From positions 76,074,001-76,138,000 of the forward strand of contig OX597828.1 in assembly GCA_951406725.2 (NCBI GenBank): a stretch of DNA of 64,000 nt, given 5' to 3'. The translations under genes were made by a program, and so were the position numbers. Shown here piece after piece: positions 1-15,230 of this stretch (positions are counted from its first letter, which is position 1; every line of letters starts with the position of its first letter). Source of the DNA: Octopus vulgaris (Eukaryota). The notes under the pieces were generated by a model. The model did no database searches and was not told where the DNA came from. It worked only from the letters and a program-made list of their open reading frames with translations.

Positions 1-342
1 AGAATCTCCTTATTTACCTATAACTCTATCCCCCCTTTTTTTTATATATATATTTTTTATATATATATTTTATATATATATTTTTTTATATATATTTTTT
101 ATATTTTTTATTTTTTTATTTTTTTATTTTATTTTATTTTTTTATTTTTTTATTTTTTTATTTTTTTATTTTTTATTTTTTAATTTTTTTATTTATCTAT
201 TCTTTCATCTAACTTACCACTGACTCCTTGACCACTCCCCCAAGTATGATATTTTGCGCTATGCCTACCCCCAAAAAGTCCCCCACCACCACTCCTTTAA
301 ACCTGCCTAAATGTATAAATGCTAATACAATTCTTGTTAAAT

Positions 343-393
343 AGCTTCCTGAAGATTTCTCTTGAATGAAACAGTACTAGTCCTGTAGAAGCT
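343..393 (+). ncRNA. Type I hammerhead ribozyme motif in a Penelope-like element 3' terminus
   Basis: AGCTTC-CTGAAGA-TTTC tctt GAAT-GAAA-CAG tactagtc CTG-TA-GAAGCT: 6-bp stem I, CUGANGA and GAAA cores, stem III, GUA cleavage triplet. Stem II is short, with a U.U first pair. Confidence 0.75.
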
Positions 394-475
394 CCTTCTA
401 TATATAAATTAATTTTACTCTGCCATGTATTGAGTACCTTACTTACTGTGGTTAACCCCGAATCAACCCGGGACC

Positions 476-543
<68 letters not shown>

Positions 544-860
544 GTACGTAAATACATACATGTATACATATATATTATGTATATATATGTATATATACAT
601 AATATATATATATATACATATATGTATATATACATATAAACATATATATATGTATAAATATACATGTATATATATATATATGTGTATATACCAACTCTTA
701 TGCGGACATAAAACACACACACACACATATATATCTATATATGCATACATAAGTGCACACGTAGATAGTAGATTCACACACACGCACGCACACACATACA
801 CACACACTCACACACACACGCACACACACAACCACGCGCGTGCACGCACAGACACACACA
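476..860. repeat. Compound (TA)n/(TG)n/(CA)n microsatellite
   Basis: Directly visible; explains the YI/CV/HT-rich ORFs. Confidence 0.95.
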
Positions 861-2055
861 TATGCTCAAAAACGCAGACAACGCAAAATTATTAATTCTA
901 CTTAATATATCATAAATGATGGGAAAACATTTACAAGGAACATTCGATCGGTTTTTCGCTATTTTAAGACAAACGACTGAACACATTGTAATCGGCGATA
1001 ATATTTGCTAATAAAACTGAAAATGGCAGGTGTAACCTGATGAGTGAACAGCCCCGCAGCTAGACAGAATGCGACTTGATGCTTTCTTCTATGACTCTAC
1101 AATGTTAACTGCATACCTCACTGCACATTATATCAATGTTCGCATTCGCTTTTGTCATATCGAAGATAGAGAGTTTTTCGGTTGAGCTCAGAAAGTTATC
1201 TGCACACTAAATCTGGTTAGAGGCACTGCAAAAATATTTAATATCTTTTGATTAATAGAGAATTGAAGAAGCAGATATATTAATATTTTATTGGTATGAA
1301 AGCGAACTACAAGTGTATTATGGCAGCTTTTGTATGTCTTGATAAGATATATCTGTGTTTATATACATAAAAATGTATGTATATGTATGTCTGCATGTAA
1401 ATCCATACGCACAAATAAACGCACATGTGTATTCCTGTTTTTGAGATTTGTTTATTTCCTCTTCGATTTGAAGAATTCAACAAATTCTTTTCTCTTTTCT
1501 TTTCGTTTTCAGAATCTTTAATGTATAGCAACAATGGTTGTTCTACTGTTTTGTAAATAATTTCAACATCTGAACAACCACATATTAAAAGAATTACAAT
1601 AACCAACGAAGAATATATTTTTTCATATTTTTCAAAGAAAAAAACCAAAGAGATTTTGAAATATTTAAAGTGAAGCGACTCTAAGAGAGATGCTAAATCT
1701 TTGTATCATACTGCAGATGACAGATAAAGCGGCATAGCAGACGATAAACTAATGTCACGCAGTGTATTGGAATAAAACAGATACACATGATCGTTCAAGA
1801 AAAGTACTAATGCTGGTCTGCATTGAAAAGAATCAATTTCGTAAAAAGCAAGAATACAGCAATGAAGAGATTTTAGTCGATGATAAAACTTTCTTGTGAC
1901 GGAGAGGGGAATATAACCGAGTTTGTATTTTGTCGGTTTCTATTGTCAACAAGTACAGCAAGTAGAATTCATAGACGCAAGCAACCCTACTGACAGAGCT
2001 GCAAAAAAAAAAAGATGATAACCTGTAGTCTGATGGAATTCTTTTATCTTTTCAC

Positions 2056-2461
<406 letters not shown>

Positions 2462-3100
2462 ATCATAGACGTCGCACAGTATACAGTATCGAGAGGCTGT
2501 TGATTGAAGATATTGTGTCCACCGGGGGATTGTACTGTTTGTCAAGTCACGACAAGGACCTCAGACAGACAGTACTTTACGCAATATCCGTACACTTACA
2601 AGTAATGCCGACTTTTGCAATACATCTAGATTGAAGGGTATTTCTAAAGTTTTCAGATGTTTTTTCTTTAAATTCAGTGGTATTGAATCCAATGCTCCGA
2701 TGACAGTAGGGATAACCTTTATGTTTGACTATCGTAGCTGCCATATTTTGGCGATCTCGATTCTCAGGTCTCCATATTTATCAACCTTTTCTCTTTCTTT
2801 CATGATAATATGTTGATCGCCTGACACTGACACATCAAATATTAGGCATCCTTGTTTGTCCCTCATAAAGGTTACTAAATCCGAGCTTCGGTGCTCTAAT
2901 ACCTTATCTGTCTGGAAGTCAAAGTCACAGAGTATTTTTGCCTTCCCATTTTCATCCACTACATTTTCCGGTGTATGCTAGTACCAAGCGCACGTAACCT
3001 CATATTCATACTTACGGCATAGAAGCCAGTGGAGGTCTGGGGCTGCTTTGTCGTGTCTACGCTTGTACTCTTTCACAAGCACTAACAATGTGAGGCACGC
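2462..3100 (-). mobile_element. Dong/R4-clade non-LTR retrotransposon, 3' fragment (restriction-like endonuclease plus 3' UTR), degenerate
   Basis: EYKRRHD..HWLLCRKY, KILCDFDFQTDK..HRSSDL, IFDVSV, EKVDKYGDL, VIPTVIGAL..LRKVLSV*; internal stops; (TAA)n on both sides. Confidence 0.88.
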
Positions 3101-3173
3101 TTTATTATTATTATTTTTATTATTATTATTATTATTATTGATACTACTGCTACCTTTTTCATTATTATTATTA

Positions 3174-3246
<73 letters not shown>

Positions 3247-3260
3247 CATTATTATTATTA

Positions 3261-3298
<38 letters not shown>

Positions 3299-3300
<2 letters not shown>

Positions 3301-3745
3301 TGGTTACACTGAATGATAAAATCCCATAGGATCTTTGCATTTCTATTTTCGATGATGTCTTCAGGTTTGTGGTCGAACCAATTTTTTGCTCTGTCAAGTC
3401 CATACTTGATGCAGAGTGTCCAATGGACAAGCCTGGCTATATTGTCGTGGCGTCTCTTATATTCCTTCTGGGTTAGTGGCGTACATTGGCTGTAATCTGC
3501 CATACAGTTTCACCGTTTTGTCCACAGATTCTGCACTTATCACTTTCTGCTGTGTTGTCTATTCTGTATTTGATGTAATTGGTTCTTAGTGCTTGCTCTT
3601 GGGCAGCACAGATTAGAGCCTCCGTTTCCCGTTTTAAATCACTTTTAGTCATCCACAGCCATCTTTTTTCTCTGTCTGTCTTATCTTCAACATCCCTATG
3701 AAATTGACCATACATTCTTTTCTTTACCCACCTATTTTCAGTTTC
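3299..3745 (-). mobile_element. Dong/R4-clade LINE internal fragment (CCHC knuckle region)
   Basis: MYGQFHR..LKRETEALICAAQEQALRTNY..CRICGQNGETVW, frameshift, then CTPLTQKEYKRRHDNIARLVHW..KILWDF; truncated at both ends inside (TAA)n. Confidence 0.88.
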
Positions 3746-4225
<480 letters not shown>

Positions 4226-4529
4226 CAATCCTATAAATATTAACCAAAAAAGAAGTAGATTGATTCGTTTATTTTTGAACCTGTGGAAGACACACGAGAT
4301 GTCGAAATATTATTATTGCTGTTGTTATTGTTTCCCCTCAGTTTCGGTCTTCTTCCTGTTAACATTTATGTGGGTCGCTTATTATTACCTGTAACCTTAG
4401 GTTTCAAGTGCTTGAAGCACACCTGATAATATTTTGTTCTTATTTGTTTCTATTTTCTGTTGCACTCCATGTAAAATGCCGTAACTGGATTCCATCCTGT
4501 ATAATAATATGTTCATGTCTTCGACCGTC

Positions 4530-4690
4530 GGTAGTTCTGAGTTCAAATTCCGACGACGTCGACTTTGCCTTTCATCCCTTCGGGGTTGATAAAATAAGTA
4601 TCCTTTGAAGACTGGGGTCGATGTCATCGGCTCATTCCCTCCCCCAAAATTGCTGTCTTTGTGGTAAAATTTGAAATCATTATCATTATT
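4530..4690 (+). mobile_element. tRNA-derived SINE with Nin-like central domain (partial)
   Basis: gttctgagttcaaattcc B-box followed by gactttgcctttcatccyttcggggtygataaa; recurs many times in the window. Confidence 0.8.
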
Positions 4691-4861
4691 ATTATTAGGT
4701 TTTTCTTTAAATTTTGGTTCCATTTCTTACCGAGTGTCTTCCCGAACGCTGTGACAAAGAAATCCAATGTAATCATTGACAGGCCTTTCAATTAATAACA
4801 CCAGATTCTTCGTTTTCAAAATGAAATGAAAAAAAATGTGAAAAGAACATAGATAAATAAA

Positions 4862-5046
4862 AGGGCGCAGGAGTGGCTGTAGGTTAAGAAACTTGCTTCC
4901 CAACCACATGGCTCCGGGTTCAGTCCCGCTGCGTGGCATCTTGGTCAAGTGTCTCCTACTATAGACTCATGCCGATCAAAGCCTTGTGAGAGGACTTGGT
5001 ACACGGAAACTGAAAGAAGCCCGTCCTACATATATGTATACACACT

Positions 5047-5120
<74 letters not shown>

Positions 5121-5340
5121 TATGTATTTGTGTGTCTGTATTAGTTCTCTCACCATCGCTTGACAACCGTTGTTAACGTCCTCGAATCTTTGCGGTTGGG
5201 CAAAAAGAGAACGATAGAATAAGTAGTAGGTTTACAAAGATTAAGTCCTGGGATCGATTAGTTCGACTGAAGGCGGTGCTCCAGCATGGCCGCAGTCAAA
5301 TAACCGAAACAAGTAAAAGAGGAGAAAAGTAAAAGAGTGA
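4862..5340 (+). mobile_element. tRNA-derived SINE (family with internal TA/CA microsatellite and CR1-like 3' tail)
   Basis: ggcgcaggagtggctg..gggttcagtccc A/B-box head; tail ggcggtgctccagcatggccgcagtc..gaaacaagtaaaaga; homolog at 25962-27095. Confidence 0.82.
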
Positions 5341-5661
5341 AAACGAGTAAAAACGTAAATGAAATAAAATAAATTAAAATTAAAATTCATGGGAAATATT
5401 GTGCTTACGTCGACAATGGTTTTTCTCAATACCTGCGACATCCCAGTTAAACACAAACTTTTGCCCTTCTTGCATGTAGGATAAGCCAGGGATGATTTTC
5501 AAATAATTTTCTGTTCCTTTTTTGATCATTCCTAATTCTACAGTCGCAGATATCCGCTTTGAAATGTCACATTTTTATCGGGTCCAATGAGCTAATTTTT
5601 ATATTTTCTGAGATTGTCAATTCTTTTGCCGAGATATTGTGATTTCAAGGACAACAGCAAT

Positions 5662-5729
<68 letters not shown>

Positions 5730-5791
5730 GACTCATGCTCTCCCCCAAAATTTCTGCCCATGTGACAAAATTTGAAGACATTATTATTATT

Positions 5792-6003
5792 AAGGCGGCG
5801 ATGTGTCAGAATCGCCAGCCGAAATACTTAGCAATCTTTCGTCTGTCTTCATGCTCTGGTTTCATATTCCGCCGAGGTCGACTTTGCCTCTCATCCTTTC
5901 GGAATCGATAAATTGAGTACCAGAGAAAAACCAAGACCGATATAATCGGCTCATCTCCTTCTCCAAAGTTGCTGTCCTTGTGGCAAAATTTGAAGCCATT
6001 ATT
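5792..6003 (+). mobile_element. Nin-domain SINE
   Basis: aaggcggcga..cagaatcg head; ccgccgaggtcgactttgcctctcatcctttcgg core; ATT tail. Confidence 0.82.
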
Positions 6004-6349
6004 AAAACTTGTAGTAGTAGTAGTCGTAGCATCACCACCATCACCACCACCAACAACAACACTAAAACTGTAATGGATCGCATACCATTTAGACACGACA
6101 AATTCTTTAATGACTCCATAAATAATAAATGATGAAGAATGAATAAAGCAATGTGGATGCCGTGTCTTATTTGTTGTCATATTTTTCGTGCTTCAATTCT
6201 ACGCAATTACTTCAGATAAACAACACAAATTTGTTCACAGAACATACTTCGAAGATCAACCCGAGATCGGTTAACACATGACATACATACATAAACACAC
6301 ACATATATGCCTACATAGATACACAAACGCTAATATGCGTGTATATATG

Positions 6350-6411
<62 letters not shown>

Positions 6412-6759
6412 AAAGAATGGAGCTGAACGAAGATTTAACAAAGTTCCTTTATTTTATTTTCGACATATGTTTCGAAGTCTGCAAAATCCCTAATTCCGAA
6501 TGAATAAGGAGTCCAATAAGGCGTTATTAATAGTAATAAGGATAAGAGCACTGGCCTGGTCATTAACGGAGGGGGTCTCAGCAATAATAGTAGCAGCGTT
6601 TTTAACAACAGTAGCTTTACGGACAATAACAATCACAGCATTCCCAGAAACAGGGAATGTGCAGGTGATATTGCCTTAAATAGTAATGAAAATAGGTTGA
6701 ATAGTATCGAGTCCAGCAGTAATTTTTACAACCATCATAGAAATAAGAACGCTGTATAA

Positions 6760-7182
6760 GTATCGGAAACTAATCCCAATAGATTAAGGTTCCTATCATA
6801 TAACTCCAAAATTAGAAACACCACTTACCAGTGCAAAATTTCTGCTGGATCCGATGTCTACCTCTATATAGGGGCAACCTCCTCGAAATTAGCCACAAGG
6901 ATATCAAATCATTTTTCCACGTTTCGTGATAACAGTAAACAGCACGCCACAGGGCTAAGCAAATTAGTCTGGCGTTTGAAGAACGCAAATTCAACTTTTA
7001 AGCTGGAATGGTCAATATTATCAGTGTCCTTACCGTTTGATAAGGGCAGAAAAATCTGTGCCCTCTGTAATTCCGAACTCTTTCATATTCTGTTTGCCCG
7101 AGGCCAAGTAATAAACTCGATTGTCGAACGATCTTTCAGATGCCTTCACTGGAAAAAGCATACCTTTCACTCATACCAATGA
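6760..7182 (+). pseudogene. GIY-YIG endonuclease C-terminus of a Penelope-like element
   Basis: Read upstream of the listed ORF in the same frame: NTTYQCKISAGSDVYLYIGATSSKLATRISNHFSTFR..TGLSKLVWRLK..EWSIL..CALCNSE..RCLH; stop at 6757. Confidence 0.85.
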
Positions 7183-7737
7183 AGTCTAATATAGAAAACC
7201 CCTGGACTTCCTATTAAATTAATTTGTGATTTCTCATCCCTTTAGTCTATAAGACTTTCTCATAATTGCTAAGAACACTACCAATTCCAGCAGTAACCTT
7301 CTCTCTTGTCATTATTATTGTGGCTCTTTCTACCCTCTCCTTCTTAAGTTGACACATTTGAACACACAGACACAGTCTTTTCACCTCTTGACCGTTAATT
7401 CTTTTTCTCTGCCTTCTACACATACATTCACTCAGTCACAGACACACACACACACATTAAGGCAAATTTACACACTCATACATACGAGCACTCATTCATA
7501 AAATAAATCAAATATAAACACCAGTCATACAGAATACATTCCCTCACTTTAGTTTTCCTTTACCTTTCTTCACCAACCCTGATTGAACCCTATTTTAACT
7601 GACATTTTCTCCTACTTTCAACCAATCTGGCGTCACCCCCTATACATAGACACTATTTATCATTATCTCTATGGCCTCCTAGTGAGCAGTCATCGAAAAA
7701 CTTGTTGTGCATTTTGTTGGAGAATTAAGTTCCTGGT

Positions 7738-7821
7738 TTTTCCTGAAGAGAAAGCTGCATAATGGACTCCTTATTCATTCGGAATTAGGGATTTTGCAGA
7801 CTTCGAAACATATGTCGAAAA
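7738..7821 (+). ncRNA. Type I hammerhead motif with 55-nt extended stem II
   Basis: TTTTC-CTGAAGA-[GAAAGCTGCA...TGCAGACTTC]-GAAA-CATATG-TC-GAAAA; GUC triplet, palindromic stem III. Confidence 0.78.
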
Positions 7822-8035
7822 TAAAATAAAGGAACTTTGTTAAATCTTCGTTCAGCTCCATCCTTTCCTATACTTAATATATTAAATTAAACTTCAAATT
7901 TCCGCACTAAGGCACGGATTTTATGCCCTATGGTCGTAACTTCAACCGTGCTTTGTCTGTTGTGAGTTTGCTACCCAGGTATCGGTTATCTTTCGAATTA
8001 TCCGTAATAAGATAATTCATTTGTCTACTTAAATA

Positions 8036-8106
<71 letters not shown>

Positions 8107-8698
8107 ATAGAGATATCATTCAGTGAAATGGACAGAGAGCAAAAGATTTAAGAAATTGTGCCATAACGCATTCTAAAAGGCAACTACGGACAAAAATAAT
8201 ATAAACCATGTATAGTGGGACCTCTTCTAAACGTTCATTAAGATGCGTACGAACCGGTGAGGTGTAGGGGGCGGTATGTTCAGTAGCTAAAATAAGATTA
8301 ACTGTGATTGGTTTAAAGTATCGGCAGGAAGTCAGCAATTTTGGGTGAGGCGGGAAAGTCGCTTTCATCGCCCGAAGGGAAGAGCTACAACTTATTTTTA
8401 TCAACCCGCAAAGGACGAATTGCAAAGCAGAACTCGGAAAGTAAAGCCAAACGAAATGTCGCCAAGTAGTTTGACTGGCGTGCTAACGATTCTGCCAACT
8501 TTTGTTGCCTTAAGATTAGCTGGTATTAAAACAAGTGAAGTATTTTGGTCAGCTTGTCCATCACCTGGGAACCCTAAATTGTCAGCAACTGGCAAGGAAA
8601 GATTTCATTTCTGTTAAGCATACTAAATAGATTTAGTGAGAAAATAATCAGCTTTAAACACGTCTTTCTAGTCACTTGGTGACCACGGACTACTGTTC

Positions 8699-8760
<62 letters not shown>

Positions 8761-8795
8761 CGTGCGTGTATATATATATATGTGTGTGTGTGTGC

Positions 8796-8867
<72 letters not shown>

Positions 8868-8904
8868 ATGTGTGGGTGTGTGTGTGTGTGTGTGTGTGTA
8901 TGTG

Positions 8905-9030
8905 TCTTTACGTCCGTCTTAACGTTCTGAGTTCAAATTCCGCCGAGGTTGACTTTGCCTTTAATTATTTCGAAATCGACTTATATTCTCCAAATAAATT
9001 GCTGACTGAGAGACAGAATTTGAAACTAAT
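8905..9030 (+). mobile_element. Nin-domain SINE fragment
   Basis: cgttctgagttcaaattccgccgaggttgactttgcct. Confidence 0.7.
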
Positions 9031-11477
9031 ATCACAACTTTATACTTTGAGAACTAGTTTATCACTTGACGACGCTTAAACTGTTATTTCTAGCAGATAG
9101 AGAATTAGTATTTCAGTTATCGAACGTTTCATAAGTGTTGAAATCCAAACTTCCAGCGTTTCACTGGGTGAGGGCCATGGTAGAAATTAAGTATGGCGAC
9201 ATTAACAAAAATAGTGTCTTGATTAAGATGAATAGATGTCATATTTGCACAGAAATTAATTTTAATGTCTACAAATCATTATGCGATACAACTAGGGAAG
9301 CTGGCTCCTCGGGCTTCGACCTAGAAGAAACAGCAGAGTCACATGTTCAGGATCACATGATAGAAGTATGATCGTATTGGAGACGTTTCTAACCAGACCC
9401 TACTGCGCTCTGTTTTATGAAACATCCGGCATTTTTGTTCAATGTCCATGTATCGTTTCCTTGTATTTTTACATCAAGTGTAGGATAAAAATCTGAAGTA
9501 ATCGAGTGAATTGCTTGCTCCGCGTAAACTTTTAGAAGGTTTGTTGTAAATAACGAAATTGTGGGTCGTTAAACAGAACTTCACTAAGTAAGCAATTGTA
9601 GGCTGGATACAAGCACCAAGAAAAGGGAATCGCTGTCTGTATTTCAGGGGAATCGGTGGTTGCATGGATGAGGGAAGATGCGTGCTACACCATGTGCTTG
9701 CACCTAGTTGTAAGATCCGCTCTCGTTCTATTTTCACATTTATAATTATCTGTTGATATGTCTTTTTTTTTTATCATTCACCCTTTACACTCCATTTCAT
9801 TCCCAACTGTTTCTTCTTTATTGTTTTTATTTATGTTTCTTCTTTCTATTGTTCCAAAGGCCCTGAAGTCCTTGTGGCCTGTAAAACAAATCGTTATTAT
9901 ATTTATATTAAATAGGGCAGTGTGCTGACGAAATCGCTAGATCATCTAGAAAAATGCCCTGCAGGAGGTACTCTGGCTCTCTACTTTCTGAGTTTATAAC
10001 CCGCTGCGGTCAACTTTATAATTTATTTTCTCCGGAGTCCATAAAAGAATGAAGTACTGCTGTCAATGGTATTGACTAAACCATTCGTTCAAAATGTCTG
10101 GCTCTGTAACTAAATTAGAAAGCGCTAATAGTTATGATTATTTTTCTATCAGTAGTAGTAGTAATATTTGTAGTAGTATATTGCAGGTATAGCGAAACAG
10201 GTTCGTGAGCACCCATCGTTAATATCCATAAACACTTTAAGTACAATAAATTTAGAGTAGTTACATAATTACAAACAGACGTTGTTCGCCCAAAGCAGTG
10301 TTTCACTAAACGGAGAGTGAAGGAAGAGGAGAATAAAATGAGTCTCAGCAATAATTATTGTACCATGGGAAGTCACATTAATCATTAGAAGCAGCAGCTA
10401 ACAACGTTTAACTCGCCTGCAAATTCGGTTAACTTGTGCTGCTAAGTATAAAACCGCTCAATATATAGAAATGGAAATATAGGTGAACTGAAATAGGCTA
10501 AACAGCCTGGAAATAGTACACGGCGTCTATAGAATGCAAAATTCTAGACAATGAAAATAATCACTTCATATGGAAATATGCAGTTTGTTAGTTATTGAAA
10601 GCATGGCGTATCTAGAGAAAATATATGCATCGTTTCTAAACACTCTGTGATCTGATGCGTGCCCTAGATCTGAAGTCTTACGTCTGACTTATGCCACATT
10701 GCAGCAATAATACAGGTGGAATTAAATAAAACAAAGAATTGTATCCACATTTCGCAAATTCCTGTCAGTCGAATATAATTTATATAAAAATATTCTTTTG
10801 CCTTTTTTTTATTGACCTACACCGCTGGTCACAACATGTTTCCATTCTGTCGTTCAATCTACGCTACTCACCTGTTTCTGAACCCGAATTAATTGACGTC
10901 TTCTGAGTGACCTCTTCAGAGCACTTGGACAACTGCGCAGTCCCACCATCTCCATGCAACATCTCCATTCCATTGTAACAAGCACCAAGGAGGAACTTCT
11001 TTCATTGTATCTTTCTTATTTAATGGTTCTCTGATGAGATGGCCAGTAGAGAGTTCCTTTCATGACCCAGTCTAGGGTGGAGGAGGATACCCAAACCTGG
11101 AAAAGTTTCCTGTAAACTGATTCAGGACGCATATCAGCGTGACCGGGATATGGCAGATATTTGCCTGTTCGAAAACTTCAAGACCGGAGATCAACTCACT
11201 CCAGTATATGTTAGAATTGTGCGGTGATAATACCGGCACAAAAGACTCAGGAAACAGAAAGACACCTGTGGTCAAGAACTGTTAGAAAGATGGTCAATAC
11301 AACGTAAATGAGTACGCTGCTGATTGTACTTTTCCCAGCTATTTGCTATTGTTTGTAGTTGATGTTGTTGTATGAGATTTTGTTACTTAACGTGTTTCCC
11401 GTTATGCAAGTCGAATATTTCAGACCGAGATTTGCAGCTAAAATTGGTGGGTCAACAATATTTACAGTACATCACGC

Positions 11478-11663
11478 AGGGCGAAATGATTAGCGGTATT
11501 TCGTCAGTCGTTACGTTCTGAGTTCAAATTCCGCCGAAGTCGACTTTGCATTTCATCCTTTCGGGGTCGATAAATGAAGTACCAGTTGCGTATTGCGCTC
11601 GATCTAATGGACTGGTCTCCTCCAAAAACAAATTTCGGGCCTTGTGCATAGAGTAGAAAAGAA
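11478..11663 (+). mobile_element. Nin-domain SINE
   Basis: Close match to the other copies, through aatttcgggccttgtgcatagagtagaaaagaat. Confidence 0.85.
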
Positions 11664-12506
11664 TGTTTACAGTACATGATTATACAATATATTATGGCGG
11701 AAAATAGGGAAATAAGAATGTGGCTTTCATTTAGGGGAACAGATGGAATGCCTCCAGCACTGTCTCGCCGATGGTGCTGGTATGAGGATGTTAACACAGG
11801 GCACGTAGACACACGCACTCAGGCTAACAGGCACTGGCAAACCACCCCATCCCACAATCATGCAAGGACAATCACAAACACATACGCTCACGCATACCCA
11901 CATATACATATACAGAGTCACACCCATATACATACATACACCGCATTCACACATACATTGTTAAACGTAAACGTAGAGCTGTGCGACACATGGAATAACA
12001 ACGAAGTGAACCATCAACTCTTAATAAACATAAACTAGACATGGTATTGAGATCTCACTTCTATCGTTTAGATGTGTGTGTGTTTTCGTTCCTGTGTGTG
12101 TCCCTGTGTGCGTGTGAAACGACAAAGCGAACTCTAATATCACGAGTTTTGTACAGTCATTTATTACGAGTTTCATAAAGATTGATACGCGATATTCTCA
12201 GCCCTTCAACCACTTATGTAATCTCTCGGTGAATAAAATGAACATAGAGATGCTCCTCTCATTGAGTTCTGTTACTTCCTATTGTAATGCACTACAATCA
12301 CATATACACATATACACACACACACGCACGTACACACACACACACACATGCGAATACACACATGCACACACGGTCTCACACACACACGGCGGACACGCAC
12401 GCACACAAATGTTTATTTGTACACATACATATGTATATATATATATATGCAAATACATAACACATACGCAAATACATACGTAAATACATATATATATACA
12501 CACACT

Positions 12507-12569
<63 letters not shown>

Positions 12570-12570
12570 G

Positions 12571-12666
<96 letters not shown>

Positions 12667-13244
12667 ATAAGGAAATGGATAAGTAAATGAATAAACAAAT
12701 GGAGGGAAAGAACAGATAAATAGGAAATAGAGTAATGGAAAGTTACAGCACAAATGTACAGCATGACCAACAAATATTTAAAAGAAACAACAAAAAGAAC
12801 AACTACAAAAAAATAACAAAAGCAACAACAAAAACTACAAGACTGCTAACATCAGTAATAACAATAATAAAAAAAAGACAAAAAATATGAGAAAAAAAGC
12901 AAGGATAGAAGTAATTATTGAGAGAGTTTGTAAAATTACTGAAAAAAAAATGGTGGAACCAAAATGTCTGCGGCTGGAATACGCTGGGTATTGCTTATCA
13001 AATAGGAGGAGATTGTGCGTGAGTGAGTGAGTGAGTGAGAAAGAGAGAGAGAGAGAGAGAAGTAGAGACGGAGACGGACGGAGACTGACGGAGCTGTGGG
13101 GAGTGAATGTGTAGTATGAATGAAAATGTGGGTGAAAAAAAAATAGGCAGACAATGGAAAGAGAGTGTGTTCAATCTCCAATCAGACGCAGATGGTGATA
13201 AACGAGGCAAAAACGAATTTAATAAAACGTCCATAGAATTAGGT

Positions 13245-13318
<74 letters not shown>

Positions 13319-14006
13319 ATATATATATACATATATACACACACATATATATATATACATATATATATATACACATATATATGTATACATATACACACAT
13401 ATATATATATATGCGTATGTCTATCTGTATGCATGTATGTGGGTCTATGTGTTTGTACGTACACATATATGTACATATGTATTAGCGTATGTGAGTGTGT
13501 TTATTTATGCATTTAAGTGTGTACTCATGCATATACGTTTGTATACACGTGCGTTTGCATGCGCATATACATATATGCATGCATTTAGTTATACTAGCTT
13601 GCATGAATCTTTGCATATATGTGTATGTACACGAACATACATGCACATTTCTATACACATACTGCCACGCACAAACACACACACACATGTACACACACAT
13701 TCAACAGCTATGATTTTATACGAGAACAAAGCATGAATGAAGAAAAGCTAATTCCATCGTTTTCCATTGAAGATTCTGGAGAACAATTTGGATAGAAGAG
13801 ACATTTCCTTCTACTTTTTTCTTCTTTTTCTTTATCGTTGTTTTTGTTTTCATACAAACAAAAACGGTAGTTGTTAAATTAAATGATACTAGCATTGCGC
13901 ACGTTCAAAGCCTGTAATAGGTACTGGAGTAAGTTAGAGAAACCGTTATCACGTAATTACGTTCGCTGCAGCCAGAATTTCACAAATAATAATAATAATA
14001 ATAATA

Positions 14007-14066
<60 letters not shown>

Positions 14067-14883
14067 GTAGTAGTAGTAGTATTAGTAGTAAAAAGTGGGG
14101 GGAAACTACAGCATTTAGTTAACCTTCGTCTAAATTGCGTTGCAAATGAAACGTAGAGAAAGCTTTGTGTCGATTCTGCTCAGAGAAAATATAATTTCTT
14201 TCTTTTTGTTTTTCAGTAAATTCTTATTTGTTGCCGGTTTTGATGTTTTCTACTCGTTTAGTGCTGATCAAACAGATGTATGATCAAAGACAACCGTGGC
14301 CAACACTACTTCTGACTTACATTTTTTTCTACATGGAATATTACTGGTACATTAATCCTAGTATTTCTGTTTTTGTGACGGAGTATAATAACTGTGAGGC
14401 TTCTTTATATAATGCGTTCCTTCCTATTTTGGGTTTGTTTTTATGGCATAAAGAGAAATCAAGACAATTTTGGCTGCTACCTCTAGCAACTCAGACTGCT
14501 AGCTAGCAGTTTTCGTAGCGAAAGCCAAAGTGATTTACTATGGAAATTCGATAAAACATATTTGTAAATTTTTCTGCGACATCATGAGAAATATTAAAAT
14601 AATGCAGATGAAAAAATATATAAGTAATATAAAATAAGAAATAGATTCTATGAAGTAAAATTATCTCCATTTGCAAAGAATAGCACTCGAGTATTCTTCA
14701 AATCATGTGGTTTCAGGTTTGATCAAGCCGGGCAGCACCATGGGCAAGTGGTTGTACTTTAGCCCCTGGAAAGCCAATGACTTTTCAGTGGATTTTGTAA
14801 ATGGAAACGGTCTGGGAGCCCGTTGTGTGCACGCGCGCGCGTGTATTTGTGTGTGTGTGTGTGCGTATGTATGTATATATATA

Positions 14884-14955
<72 letters not shown>

Positions 14956-14957
<2 letters not shown>

Positions 14958-15230
14958 TGAGTGTAGTTTTCCCTTGTTAACAATTAACACGGAAAAAATA
15001 GATTAAATAGTTACCAGGGTAGCAAAAAATCACACAAGCAAAGAGGTTGTAACTGCTTGTTTTTAAAGGTAGTAACTTCGGGTTTACGTGGAATTGTTTG
15101 TATAATATATAAATAGATAAATGGAGTTTAACGCAAATATAATTGAAATACTTTTACATCCGACACATGTTTCGAAGTTTTCACTGATATTATTCCAAAG
15201 GAATTATACCTGCGTTAAACTCCATTTATA
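14956..15230 (-). mobile_element. Penelope-like 3' terminus with 3' half of a hammerhead and 18-bp inverted repeat
   Basis: Minus strand CTTC-GAAA-CATGTG-TC-GGATG; taaatggagtttaacgca (15118) / tgcgttaaactccattta (15211); TTTGCTACCC tail motif; (TA)n flanks. Confidence 0.6.

Larger units (their letters stand above)
6410..8038 (+). mobile_element. Penelope-like element, 5'-truncated, with inverted partial pLTR at its 5' end
   Basis: GIY-YIG frame 6760-7182; 106-bp inverted repeats 6410-6515/7763-7868; hammerhead at 7738-7821; (TA)n on both flanks. Confidence 0.88.

Noticed and set aside
1030-1085. CTGATGA at about 1036 as a hammerhead core
   Set aside because: No stem II, GAAA or stem I in register.
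1307-2012. Possible minus-strand exon (acceptor-like T-run+GCAG near 2000; ORF 1307-1648)
   Set aside because: Stops in the frames read after the acceptor; no recognisable homology.
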